A stretch of 63,604 bases of DNA, the filler included, from Octopus bimaculoides (Eukaryota): the NCBI RefSeq assembly GCF_001194135.2. It is 5 parts of 5 records of this genome, joined end to end, with 100 filler letters (N's around TTAATTAATTAA, not from the genome) between each part and the next. Parts side by side here need not be neighbours in the genome. Positions count along the whole stretch, not along the records: positions 26,571 to 55,719 come from NC_068991.1; positions 55,820 to 62,425 come from NC_068998.1; positions 62,526 to 63,604 come from NW_026298694.1; 2 more parts are not named here. One strand, written 5' to 3'. The notes under the pieces were generated by a model. The model worked only from the letters and a program-made list of their open reading frames with translations, did not search any database and had not been told where the DNA came from. Position numbers and translations under genes: made by a program. Of the stretch, positions 53,269 through 63,604 are shown piece by piece. The first letter of the stretch is position 1. Each line of letters starts with the position of its first letter.

Positions 53269-53557
53269 CAGCTGATGAATAATTGAATATCTCCTCAGAT
53301 ATTAGATAACAGCCTGTTATTTACGGCTGTGATATAGTACACGTAACTGTATGTTATGTGTAATATTATGCATAAACATTTATCTTAAATATGTATGTAT
53401 TTAATGTATGCGTGCATACATAAGCACATACATACATACATATATATCTATATGCATGTATCTATATATGTATGTATGTATGTATATATATATGCATAGA
53501 TATGTATGTTTGTATATATGTGTTTGTGTATACATATATATTTTTTCATGCATATAT

Positions 53558-53616
<59 letters not shown>

Positions 53617-54001
53617 TATATGAAACTACATATGAAAGTGAGTATTCATTCTGTAGTCTACAGCTACGGAAACCGTTTCTCGCCTGTTCAGGTAGAAAAT
53701 CGTATATCATATATAATGACAATGCTTTATATCTATTAGACATAATGCTCTTTAGACATGATCTGCAGGACGTTATCTTTACTGCATCAGTGGTGAATGA
53801 ACATAGCTTCTTTATTAACTTATAAGTAATTCGAATTGCACATGTTGTTAGAGCAACCCGTTCTGTACCAAGGTTCTATTCATCGTAGTCCCTCTATCAC
53901 AAACTATGCATTTGCATCATCGTCGAACCCATCTCAGGATTCCTGTTTGAAAAAATATATCTGTGTGCTATTTTACCCATTTCTTCACGGTCACTTTCAT
54001 A

Positions 54002-54047
54002 TCGTCTGATTCATGAAATCGTTGTCGTCTGATTTATGAAATCGTTG
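54002..54047. repeat. 23-bp tandem duplication
   Basis: TCGTCTGATT(C/T)ATGAAATCGTTG twice. Confidence 0.9.
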
Positions 54048-54091
54048 CTCCATTCATTGGAGCAAACGTGTAGAAGTCGGAAGCTCTAGAT

Positions 54092-54450
54092 CAGGGATTC
54101 TCAACCTGGGTCCATATGGATCCCAAGGATTCATTTAAGACTTTTTGGGTGTCCACGCAACAAAATAGCAAACTTCGTATCCACGATAGTATTTTAAGGG
54201 TCCCTGTAAAAATTTTGCTTTTGATGTATGTAGTGGTATTTATTGCAAGAAGCAGCTTCGTTTCTTTCTCTAACATTTTACTTAGATCTCCCTACACAAG
54301 TTAATGGGTGAAATTAAAAGGAAGAAACGAGAATTTTGCAAGAAGTTTCTATAAAACTAGTTTTTAAAAACATCGTATAACTATGGGAGTCAACCAGAAT
54401 AAAACAGTAATTAAAGGGGTTCATGGATAAGAAATAAATGTGAGCCCCTG
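54092..54450. mobile_element. hAT (Charlie-type) MITE
   Basis: Left end CAGGGATTCTCAACCTGGGTCCAT; right end GGGGTTCATGG..TGTGAGCCCCTG; degenerate 8-bp nnnTAnnn TSD CTCTAGAT / CGCTACAT. Confidence 0.8.
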
Positions 54451-54984
54451 CGCTACATCAAAACTGTATGGTAGAGGCCATAGTTGATCTCTCGCAGTGT
54501 GGTTTTGTCTTCAATGCTGGTTTCCACTTTCTTAAACTTTTTCATTCATCTGCGCACATTGCCCCTGTCACTATAGATGATAACCTATAAATTTGTTGGT
54601 AGAGAAACTCTCCTTTTTTTAAATTCCGACCACGCAGCCCTCTAGCGCAGAATATACCCAAAGTTATCTTTCGTCGTTATTTCACAAAGAGCCAGAAACG
54701 CGCGTCTGGAAATCTTTAGAGAAAAAGAATATTTTTCTCCACGGTAATTACAGTGAATTTGTCTCCAGAAGTTCAAATATATCACATATTTTACAAATCG
54801 TAATGGTCGCTTCTTTTTCTTCTTTACTGGAGGCTAATAATGGGTTCCAAGCAGTAGCAAGGTGCCGTCATAGAACGTTTCATTTGCGTAAGACCTATCA
54901 GTCAATTCTAGCATGTTGATTGACTAACTAGAGGTTCTCACATTGTTTTGTAGCAGTAGTAGTAACAGTAGTAGTAGTAGTAAC

Positions 54985-55015
<31 letters not shown>

Positions 55016-55041
55016 ATGTTGTTGGCGGCGTTAGAGATATT

Positions 55042-55096
<55 letters not shown>

Positions 55097-55104
<8 letters not shown>

Positions 55105-55253
55105 TCACTGCCTGGAATCGAACGCTAAATCTTGGGGTTAGTAGCCCGCGCTCTTAAAAACTACGCCATATGCCCGTGGGCATATGGCTTAGTGGTTAAG
55201 AGCGTGGGCTACAAAGCCCAAGATTCCGAGTTCGATTCCAGGCAGTGACCTGA

Positions 55254-55256
<3 letters not shown>
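55097..55256. mobile_element. Head-to-head palindrome of two tRNA-derived short elements
   Basis: 79-bp arms (70/79 identical), 2-bp centre; each arm has an A box and a GTTCGATTCC B box; (TAA)n tails point outward. Confidence 0.9.
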
Positions 55257-55284
<28 letters not shown>

Positions 55285-55719
55285 TTGTTGTACTTGTCGT
55301 TAGTGTTGTTGTTGTTAGTGGTGGTAGTGGTGGTAGTGGTGGTGTTAGTTGCAGCGGTAGTGAGAAGATGGAGGAGGAGGAGGAGGAGGAGGAGAAGGAG
55401 GAGAAGAAAAAAGAAGAAGAGGAAGCGTCATTGACCCAACGATTGTAGTATTTTGGTAAATACGTAATTGCCATGTAGGCCGATGACCTCCTCTCTCCCC
55501 CCATCTTTCTCTCGCTCATGGTTTTTTTGTTGTTTGTTTCGTCTTTGCTTGGAATCTGATTATATGTGTGTGTATTACAGCAGCAACGTCCCAGACTCGT
55601 AGTGGAATGTCTCAAACAGTTGTTATGTGCATTTGGCAACGACCTAATCAACCTACACCGTCATCTATCTTTACATGGCAACCACATGTGTACATTTGTG
55701 TATATATATATATATATAT

Positions 55720-55819
55720 NNNNNNNNNNNNNNNNNNNNNNNNNNNNNNNNNNNNNNNNNNNNTTAATTAATTAANNNNNNNNNNNNNNNNNNNNNNNNN
55801 NNNNNNNNNNNNNNNNNNN
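55720..55819. other. Artificial scaffold linker
   Basis: N44-TTAATTAATTAA-N44. Confidence 0.95.
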
Positions 55820-55900
55820 TCTCTCACTCTATCTATCTATCTATCTGTCTGTCTCTTGCCTTTCAGTAAGTATCTTTCACACGCTCACTCCTTTTCACAT

Positions 55901-55940
<40 letters not shown>

Positions 55941-56304
55941 ACACGCACACACACATACACACACACACACATACATACACACACACACACACGCGCGCAT
56001 GCACACACAAACACACACACTTTACAAGTAATTATTGCACCACATTAAAAGAAAATTAATTGTACCAACGACGCATGCAAGCAATCAGCTCTTTAGTTTG
56101 CGGCGGGAGCCATTTAAGAAACAATTAAAACCAAAGTCCTAAATACTAAAACGACGCTCTTGTTATGCGCTTTCGATATATAATATTTCATGACGAAATA
56201 CGAGCTGTTAGACACACAAGTCAAAACTACAGCGACAATAACGCCGGTGATAACAGCAGCAGCAGCAGCAGCAGCGAGTACGATAAGTACAACAACCTCT
56301 TACG

Positions 56305-56800
56305 ACTTCGACTTCGAAGGTTCCAGTTGATCCGATCAACGGAACAGCCTGCTCGGGAAATTAACGTGCAAGTGGCTGAGCACTCCACAGACACGTGTAC
56401 CCTTAACGTAGTTCTCGGGGGATATTCAGCATGATACAGAGTGTGACAAGGCTGACCCCTTTGAATTACAGGCACAACAGAAACAGGAAGTAAGAGTGAG
56501 AGAAAGTTGTGGTGAAAGAGTACAGCAGGGTTCGCCACCATCCCCTGCCGGAGCCTCGTGGAGCTTTTAGGTGTTTTTGCNNNNNNNNNNNNNNNNNNNN
56601 NNNNNNNNNNNNNNNNNNNNNNNNNNNNNNNNNNNNNNNNNNNNNNNNNNNNNNNNNNNNNNNNNNNNNNNNNNNNNNNNNNNNNNNNNNNNNNNNNNNN
56701 NNNNNNNNNNNNNNNNNNNNNNNNNNNNNNNNNNNNNNNNNNNNNNNNNNNNNNNNNNNNNNNNNNNNNNNNNNNNNNNNNNCGCTAACCACTAGGCCAT
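56305..56800 (-). mobile_element. SINE family C (head partly in a gap)
   Basis: Matches the 51050-51430 copy. Confidence 0.85.
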
Positions 56801-56844
56801 TGCTCTCCACTCACTCCTTCTTCACCTCGCTCTCTCCAGTCTCG

Positions 56845-57100
56845 CCAAACCCCAAAGAATTCCTCTCAATACATGCTACCCAACTACTTCTGCTCGTGAT
56901 CAGAGATGCACATATCGTCAGCCACCAAGGGACATGCTCAACTGGTTAAGGTCAAACAACTGGCAAACACATCTGTGGTATTGAGCAGAATATTTACTGT
57001 AACTCATCTTTCATACTAAGACGAAACAATGTACATGATAACACTTCCAATCAGTTAAGATCAGAAGCCATGAGAGCAACTGTCTGGTACTGCATCAGGG

Positions 57101-57103
<3 letters not shown>
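56845..57103 (-). mobile_element. Repeat family F
   Basis: Reverse complement of 21250-21512. Confidence 0.7.
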
Positions 57104-57136
<33 letters not shown>

Positions 57137-57161
57137 CGTTATTATTATTATTATTATTATC

Positions 57162-57223
<62 letters not shown>

Positions 57224-57225
57224 CG

Positions 57226-57420
57226 TGAGAGCGCTGGACGAAATGCTTAGGGATATTTTGCCCGTTGCTACGTTCTGTGTTCAAATTCCGCCGAGGTCAA
57301 CTTTGCCTTTCATCCTTTCGGGGTCGATAAAATAAGTACTAGTTGAGTACTAGAGTCGATGTAATCGACTAGTCCCCTCTGCACCAAAAATTTCAAGCCT
57401 TGTGTCTATAGTAGAAAGAA
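57226..57420 (+). mobile_element. SINE family B
   Basis: Match to family; flanked by (TTA)n and (TTC)n. Confidence 0.9.
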
Positions 57421-57457
57421 TTCTTCTTCTTCTTCTTCTTCTTATTATTATTATTAT

Positions 57458-57511
<54 letters not shown>

Positions 57512-57556
57512 AAGTAGTAGTAGTAGTATCATCATCATCATTATTATTATTATTAT

Positions 57557-57750
57557 CGTGAGCGCGCTGGACGAAATGCTTAGCGGTATTAGGTACGTCT
57601 TTACGTTCTGAGTTCAAATCCCACCGAGGTCAATTTTGCTTTTCATCCTTTTGGGGTCGATAAATTAAATACCAGTCGAGTACTGGGGATGATGTAATTG
57701 ACTATCCCTCACCCCAAATGTTGGGCTTTGTACTTATAGTAGAAAGGGTT
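57557..57750 (+). mobile_element. SINE family B, tandem copy
   Basis: Match to family; separated from the previous copy by microsatellites only. Confidence 0.9.
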
Positions 57751-57874
57751 ATCATCATCATCATCATTACCATCATCATATTTATGCGTGTGTGTGTGTG
57801 TGTGTGTGTGTAACCACACGTGGACGTTTCGCGATTTTCATTTTTTCCTTCTTCTCTGGGCTTTTGCCTTTCTC

Positions 57875-57909
57875 TTTTCCGATGAAGAGCCATGCTCGAA
57901 ACGTTAAAA
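57875..57909 (+). ncRNA. Minimal type-I hammerhead-ribozyme-like motif
   Basis: TTTT-CCGATGA-A-GAGC-CAT-GCTC-GAA-ACGT-T-AAAA, inside an about 240-bp pyrimidine-rich repeat (57810-58050). Confidence 0.6.
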
Positions 57910-58815
57910 ACTCTCTCCTTTCACTGAGTGTCAAACTAATAGAATTCTTGTGCACGTCCTTAAGTTCGTTTTCTTTTTTTCTCTTTTTTCGTTTTTCGTT
58001 TTTTCTCCTTTCGCTTTTTATTCGTTTTGAACTATTTGAATTGACTACACACACACACACNNNNNNNNNNNNNNNNNNNNNNNNNNNNNNNNNNNNNNNN
58101 NNNNNNNNNNNNNNNNNNNNNNNNNNNNNNNNNNNNNNNNNNNNNNNNNNNNNNNNNNNNNNNNNNNNNNNNNNNNNNNNNNNNNNNNNNNNNNNNNNNN
58201 NNNNNNNNNNNNNNNNNNNNNNNNNNNNNNNNNNNNNNNNNNNNNNNNNNNNNNNNNNNNNNNNNNNNNNNNNNNNNNNNNNNNNNNNNNNNNNNNNNNN
58301 NNNNNNNNNNNNNNNNNNNNNNNNNNNNNNNNNNNNNNNNNNNNNNNNNNNNNNNNNNNNNNNNNNNNNNNNNNNNNNNNNNNNNNNNNNNNNNNNNNNN
58401 NNNNNNNNNNNNNNNNNNNNNNNNNNNNNNNNNNNNNNNNNNNNNNNNNNNNNNNNNNNNNNNNNNNNNNNNNNNNNNNNNNNNNNNNNNNNNNNNNNNN
58501 NNNNNNNNNNNNNNNNNNNNNNNNNNNNNNNNNNNNNNNNNNNNNNNNNNNNNNNNNNNNNNNNNNNNNNNNNNNNNNNNNNNNNNNNNNNNNNNNNNNN
58601 NNNNNNNNNNNNNNNNNNNNNNNNNNNNNNNNNNNNNNNNNNNNNNNNNNNNNNNNNNNNNNNNNNNNNNNNNNNNNNNNNNNNNNNNNNNNNNNNNNNN
58701 NNNNNNNNNNNNNNNNNNNNNNNNNNNNNNNNNNNNNNNNNNNNNNNNNNNNNNNNNNNNNNNNNNNNNNNNNNNATATATACATACACACACATATATA
58801 TACACATATATATAC

Positions 58816-58853
<38 letters not shown>

Positions 58854-59449
58854 GTGTGTGTGTGTGTATGATTGTGTGTGTGTGTGTGTGTACAAATTAC
58901 AAAGATAAATTAAATGGAGAGATACTATAGACAATCCAATAATTTTCCTCAGTTTGTTACTTTCTATGTATATGCATATATAATATATAAAAGAGAGGGG
59001 AGAGGGGGAGAGAGAAGTGTGGAGAAAGAGAGAACGAGACGTTTACGGATATGTACTTGCATGGCAGGTATTTTGATCTGAGATCGCACCTTGAGACTAA
59101 TACGACTGCAGTGTGGAAGGTACAAATTGTCCATTCGGAAATATGCAAATACTGTCAACTTCACTCGAACATTTATTGACAATTACAATGAATACAGAGA
59201 TTAATTCATTTGCACATATTTTTTTGTTTTTCTACAGCATATTTGGCTTAAATTTGTTCGACGCACGTTTCTGCTGCATAATAAACTAGCGATTGCCTTT
59301 TTGCAAGCAGTTATTTTCGATTAGTTAGCAGTCTATGCAAACTTTATTGAAGGTGCGTCCACGAGTGTGGATTATAACTTGAGTTCTCGCACGGATCCCG
59401 TCTGAATAACTTATCCCTACAAACACACACACACACACACACAAACACA

Positions 59450-59493
<44 letters not shown>

Positions 59494-60220
59494 AACACAT
59501 ACGCACGCATACTCAGATACACACACACACACAAAAAAAAAATTTGGTAGCTATGATGATACAGATGTTATGAAGCAGCCTAAATGGGTTCGGAAAATAT
59601 AGAAGTGAAAGAAACGGTTTTTAAGATAATTATCTATCTCACACAACACACACACACACACACACACACACATGCACACGCACACACAATGCACACACAC
59701 ACACATACACACGGTACGATCATTTTGCGTAGCTTAGAACCAAATAGCTTGAGTACAAAGAAAATCAGAATAAAGACAGCATAATACTATTTTAAAAGAT
59801 AACCTTGTCCATGTGACTTTTGTAAACGCCATAGTCTTTTTTTTTATATTAATAGGTCTTGTGCGAATTTCTGTCACCGGCTGTCAATGAACCAAATAGA
59901 ACAGCTTACCTTGCACACCTGGTTAATTCTCTGCAGTGTATTCGTGCACGTATATAACTAGGTGTGGATGCGCGCGCGTGTGTGCGTGTGTACGTATGTA
60001 TGTATATATTTGTTTCAAACATAGAATAATTGTTGCCCATCAAATACTAGCTCACACACACACACAGGCACACGCATACACACACGTGCGCACACACACT
60101 CACACACACATTCACATACATATACACACACACGCACACATACACACACACACACACACACACATATGTATATATATAAATGTATATGTGTGTGTATAAA
60201 ACGTATGTATACAAGTGTGA

Positions 60221-60253
<33 letters not shown>

Positions 60254-60273
60254 TACATATATATGTGTGTGTG

Positions 60274-60319
<46 letters not shown>

Positions 60320-60330
60320 TATGTGTCTAT

Positions 60331-60419
<89 letters not shown>

Positions 60420-61439
60420 GAATGTGTGTGTGTATGTATATGTGTGTATATACCCATGTAGATACATGTGTATATATATGCATACATATGTGTATATACA
60501 TATGTACATACATATGTATGTGTGTATGCACATACAGTATACATACATGTGTTTGTGTGTGTGTGTGTAGGAGTGAATGAATGAGTGACAGATATTTGTA
60601 TGTACGTATCTGTTTCTATATACGCGCGTGTAAGTATGCATCCATGTTTGATACATTTAGATACAAAATATCGCATTTTGCTCCCACCATCTTTTTTCTC
60701 ATTAGTATAATTAGTAATTTAATGGCTATCAATAATCTGTTGTGGAAATTATAAATTTTACATAGATTCAAGAAAGTCCGAATATACCCACACTATCTCC
60801 GAACCGATTTTGCTGTACAGATCCGGCTTACGGTTATAGCTTTGTGTCTTATTTTGCTTTTAAAGCCTGTGATGAAGGCACGGGTGTCATAACTACGAAT
60901 GACTATTTACCAGAGTAAATGGGAGCTATGATGAATGTCATAAACGTCATAACAGACGCTATCTCAGCCCTTAAAGTAAATAAGAATGATTCATGATCAA
61001 GTGATGCATTTTATTGCTGTGTACGAAGAAGAGGGTTACCACTTGTACGAAGAAGAATCTGAATCATGTTACTAAATTCTAATGTCTTTCGTCCTCCTGC
61101 TATTCATCACCTTTGTGTTGTCAGCCGTTGTTCGTCGTCGTTGTTGGCCAACTCCTACAGTATCTGTCAATGCTCTCTCTGTTGCATCCCAAAGCTCTGT
61201 CAAGTAGTCACAGTGTGTCGAATTTATACTGATTTATAGGCTCAGAAGAAAGCGCGCCAAAATATGAAATCGTCGCTGGAGCCTACTCCACACAAAGTCG
61301 TGGTTGGTCAGATTTTTTGATCATGTGGGTAATATGCTAGTGAAGCGCGACATTGGGTGATTGCTGAATATTCCCGTTACAGCTGTATTAAATTATATAT
61401 TCATCCATTTTTCTCGCCCAATACTTCTGCAAGGGACTT

Positions 61440-61720
61440 GGTATTAGAGACCTCAGACATCTCCATTGGGTCCTAGCAGAAGAACCGTCGTTACATCTTC
61501 CTGCTGGATTCCCAAGCCTCACCAATTAAGACTATGGATATTATTCAACAATTTCGCTCGCGGTCTTCCCTTAGATCTCCTGCCGGTTGGTTCGACTTGA
61601 AGAATTTACCTTGAGATCTTTGCCTGCAACATTCTAACCACAAGTCCGTAGTAACGGAGCTGTGACCTCCGAATTCAGAGAGAAGTATTGTTTACTATTT
61701 AAACATTTCCAACGTATGAA
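61440..61720 (-). mobile_element. RTE-clade LINE 3' remnant
   Basis: RSQLRYYGLVVRM..TGRRSKGRPR..LNNIHSLNW; homologous to 28380-28760. Confidence 0.75.
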
Positions 61721-61867
61721 AACTACGCTAATCGCTCCAATCCAATAAGAGTTTGTGTATGTATGTATGTATGTATGTATGTATGTATGCAGAATCATCC
61801 TTTTTTACCTTACTTTCCTTCACCTATTCAATTTTTTTTCTCCGTGTTTTTCTCCTTGTCTCCGTAT

Positions 61868-61904
61868 TCTTTCTGTTGAAGAGCGTAGCTCGAAACGTCA
61901 AAGA
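61868..61904 (+). ncRNA. Minimal type-I hammerhead-ribozyme-like motif
   Basis: TCTTT-CTGTTGA-A-GAGC-GTA-GCTC-GAA-ACGT-C-AAAGA; perfect helices I and II; inside an about 220-bp repeat (61790-62010) related to 57810-58050. Confidence 0.65.
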
Positions 61905-62194
61905 CTTTCCGTATTCCCGAGCGTCATACTAATATATACTTTTGTTATTTACACCACCTGTCCTCGTCTGTTGTTATTATTTGTATATTCTCCCATATAT
62001 ATATATATACTGGTATAGAGTGAAATTAATAATTAATAATTTCACCAAGTAGTTCGGTATATTAAAAGAACCATTATCGGTAAACGTATACAAAAATTTT
62101 ATAATTATAAGCATAATTATAATTAAGGATTAGCAAAATTGCTTCACCACATACCGAAATTTAGAAATAGCAGTTAAATACTATTCCACTACCA

Positions 62195-62340
62195 TAATAA
62201 CTTTTCTTCTCCAATGGAATAAGCAAGCTTGTGTGCCGCTTGAAGAAATGCATTGAAAAGCAAGGAGACTATGTCGAAAGATGATGTAATAGTCCAAACC
62301 GGGCCTTTGTTTTAATACTCTCGTTTCTATGTGTATATAT
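62195..62340 (+). mobile_element. Mariner 3' fragment
   Basis: FFSNGISKLVCRLKKCIEKQGDYVER*, the typical mariner C-terminus. Confidence 0.7.
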
Positions 62341-62425
62341 AAAAGATCATGTGTGTGTGTGTGTGCCGTATATCGTATTTTGACTTACTCTCGTATGTAT
62401 ACATATACATATATATATATATATA

Positions 62426-62525
62426 NNNNNNNNNNNNNNNNNNNNNNNNNNNNNNNNNNNNNNNNNNNNTTAATTAATTAANNNNNNNNNNNNNNNNNNN
62501 NNNNNNNNNNNNNNNNNNNNNNNNN
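62426..62525. other. Artificial scaffold linker
   Basis: N44-TTAATTAATTAA-N44. Confidence 0.95.
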
Positions 62526-62686
62526 TGTAAGGGGAAAGTAAGAAGTAAAATAAGCGAAAATGCACATTGGAAATCTAAAACTTAAAGGCTTTTTATGAAA
62601 AGTAACGATAGATATATACAATTAGATGAACTGAGGTAGGAATAAAAGTAATAAAAGTCTTTATTGTGAATTGCTAAAGAGATTCA

Positions 62687-62725
62687 AAAGCATACCGGTT
62701 TCATAAAGTTACTAATCATTGCTTT
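62687..62725 (-). ncRNA. Degenerate hammerhead-like motif downstream of the GIY-YIG frame
   Basis: AAAGCA-ATGATTA-GTAACTTTAT-GAA-ACCGGT-A-TGCTTT; helix I is a perfect 6 bp; helix III is the palindrome ACCGGT; two core substitutions. Confidence 0.55.
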
Positions 62726-62913
62726 AAATGCACACTGATTACTGAACGGTATCAGGTCTACAAGTCCCCGAGTAAAAAGATTATGTGTAAGGGAGGTAAG
62801 CAGTTCTGGATTTGGTGCAATTAGGGTAGATATAGATCTGTAATGTGAATGGTGTATCGGATGTATGGGAGTTAGTGGTATTAATTGAAAGGTTAGAAGT
62901 GTTTTGTATTATG

Positions 62914-63240
62914 TTATGTGTTCATATTGAGTTGTGGAAGATATTTATTGATGAAAGTTGCCTCTTTGTTCATTCTTTGTTGTACTGAGGTGGTCTGTGA
63001 ACATTGATAGAAGGGGAAAATTAGGAAATTAGGATTAAGATTCCTAGCACACCTTTCTATGTGTCCAATGACCTGCATCTGTCTGTACTGTGGGTGGCGG
63101 ATTTGTTCTTTGTGGAGAGTGGTTCTTTGACGAAGTGATATTCCTGTTTGGCCAATATAATTATTACCACACCCTAAGCATGTAAAGGCATAGATTAGAT
63201 TTTCCGAGGCAAAGGTGAAATTTAATCTTAAATATTTGAT
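62914..63240 (-). pseudogene. Penelope-like element GIY-YIG endonuclease domain (5'-truncated, stop-free over 108 codons)
   Basis: NFTFASENLIYAFTCLGCGNNYIGQTGISLRQRTTLHKEQIRHPQYR..HIERC..RMNKEATFINKYLPQLN*; no upstream start codon, so absent from the ORF track. Confidence 0.9.
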
Positions 63241-63364
63241 GATACCTCTTGGAAAGAGGTATCATCATTCATGTCGATACCCAGGTTCCTCACTGATTTA
63301 GCCTCTGGGATTGTAATGGGATTCAGCCTCTGGGATTGCATGTGTGCAACATCACTGGGCTTCT

Positions 63365-63520
63365 GTATAGGAGAAAAATGTGTCCGCATGGATGATGGTG
63401 CACTTGCGCTTAATGATTCTGCAAAGAAAGAGGCTTGGAGATGCCTTTATGAAAGACTGTTGCATATGAAGAATAAATGGGAGGAGGAGAGTCTGCCGAA
63501 GGTAAAGGTGCTACAAAGTT
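63365..63520 (+). mobile_element. RTE-clade LINE internal fragment (APE-RT linker)
   Basis: GEKCVRMDDGALALNDSAKKEAWRCLYERLL..WEEESLP. Confidence 0.65.
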
Positions 63521-63604
63521 TCTACAGTTAGATGCTACAAAGGTAAAGGTGACACTTTAGATAGAAATAACTACAAGGGTATCAAATTATTGGATCAGGT
63601 GATG

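Larger units (their letters stand above)
53860..54800 (-). mobile_element. Mariner remnant, internally deleted and split by a hAT MITE
   Basis: 54480-54580 reads DRGNVRRxMKKFKKVETSIEDK (HTH); 53890-54030 reads RFHESDDMKVTVKKW..FFQTGIL..RRxCKCI (C-terminus). Confidence 0.7.

Noticed and set aside
55574-55690. Possible exon after TGTATTACAG with two open frames
   Set aside because: No clear donor, runs into (TA)n and a linker gap, and has no recognisable homology.
61082-61207. 41-codon ORF resembling a signal peptide (MSFVLLLFITFVLSAVVRRR)
   Set aside because: Too short, no promoter or splice support, and lies near decayed LINE sequence; likely chance.
1-63604. Most ORF-track entries (YIYI, HTHT, LSIY, poly-X, poly-amino-acid runs)
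   Set aside because: They are translations of di-, tri- and tetranucleotide microsatellites or run through N gaps; no domain signal.

Overview
AT-rich, microsatellite-saturated animal DNA with about 11 kb of N gaps; four gaps carry an artificial N44-TTAATTAATTAA-N44 linker. The SINE families and repeat content look like a coleoid cephalopod, most likely Octopus (inference from recognition, not from a search). I found no intact host protein-coding gene, rRNA, true tRNA or CRISPR array. Almost all ORF-track entries are microsatellite or N-gap artefacts. The interpretable content is a transposon graveyard: three tRNA-derived SINE families in many copies; remnants of R4/Dong-type (REL endonuclease), Tx1/L1, RTE and CR1/L2-like LINEs; two Penelope-like GIY-YIG remnants; three mariner remnants; a SPIN/Buster-type hAT remnant; and a hAT MITE. 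The leads not explained by the ORF track are: (1) five minimal type-I hammerhead-ribozyme-like folds in Penelope/retrozyme-like repeats, all with non-canonical cores; (2) a 160-bp head-to-head palindrome of two tRNA-like units; (3) a CpG-rich promoter-like module (E2F, NRF1, ETS, YY1-like) that appears inserted inside a dead LINE; (4) a cryptic 49-bp tandem array over about 3 kb; (5) a strong minus-strand bias of LINE fragments, hinting at an unseen plus-strand host transcription unit. None is proven to be an undescribed system.
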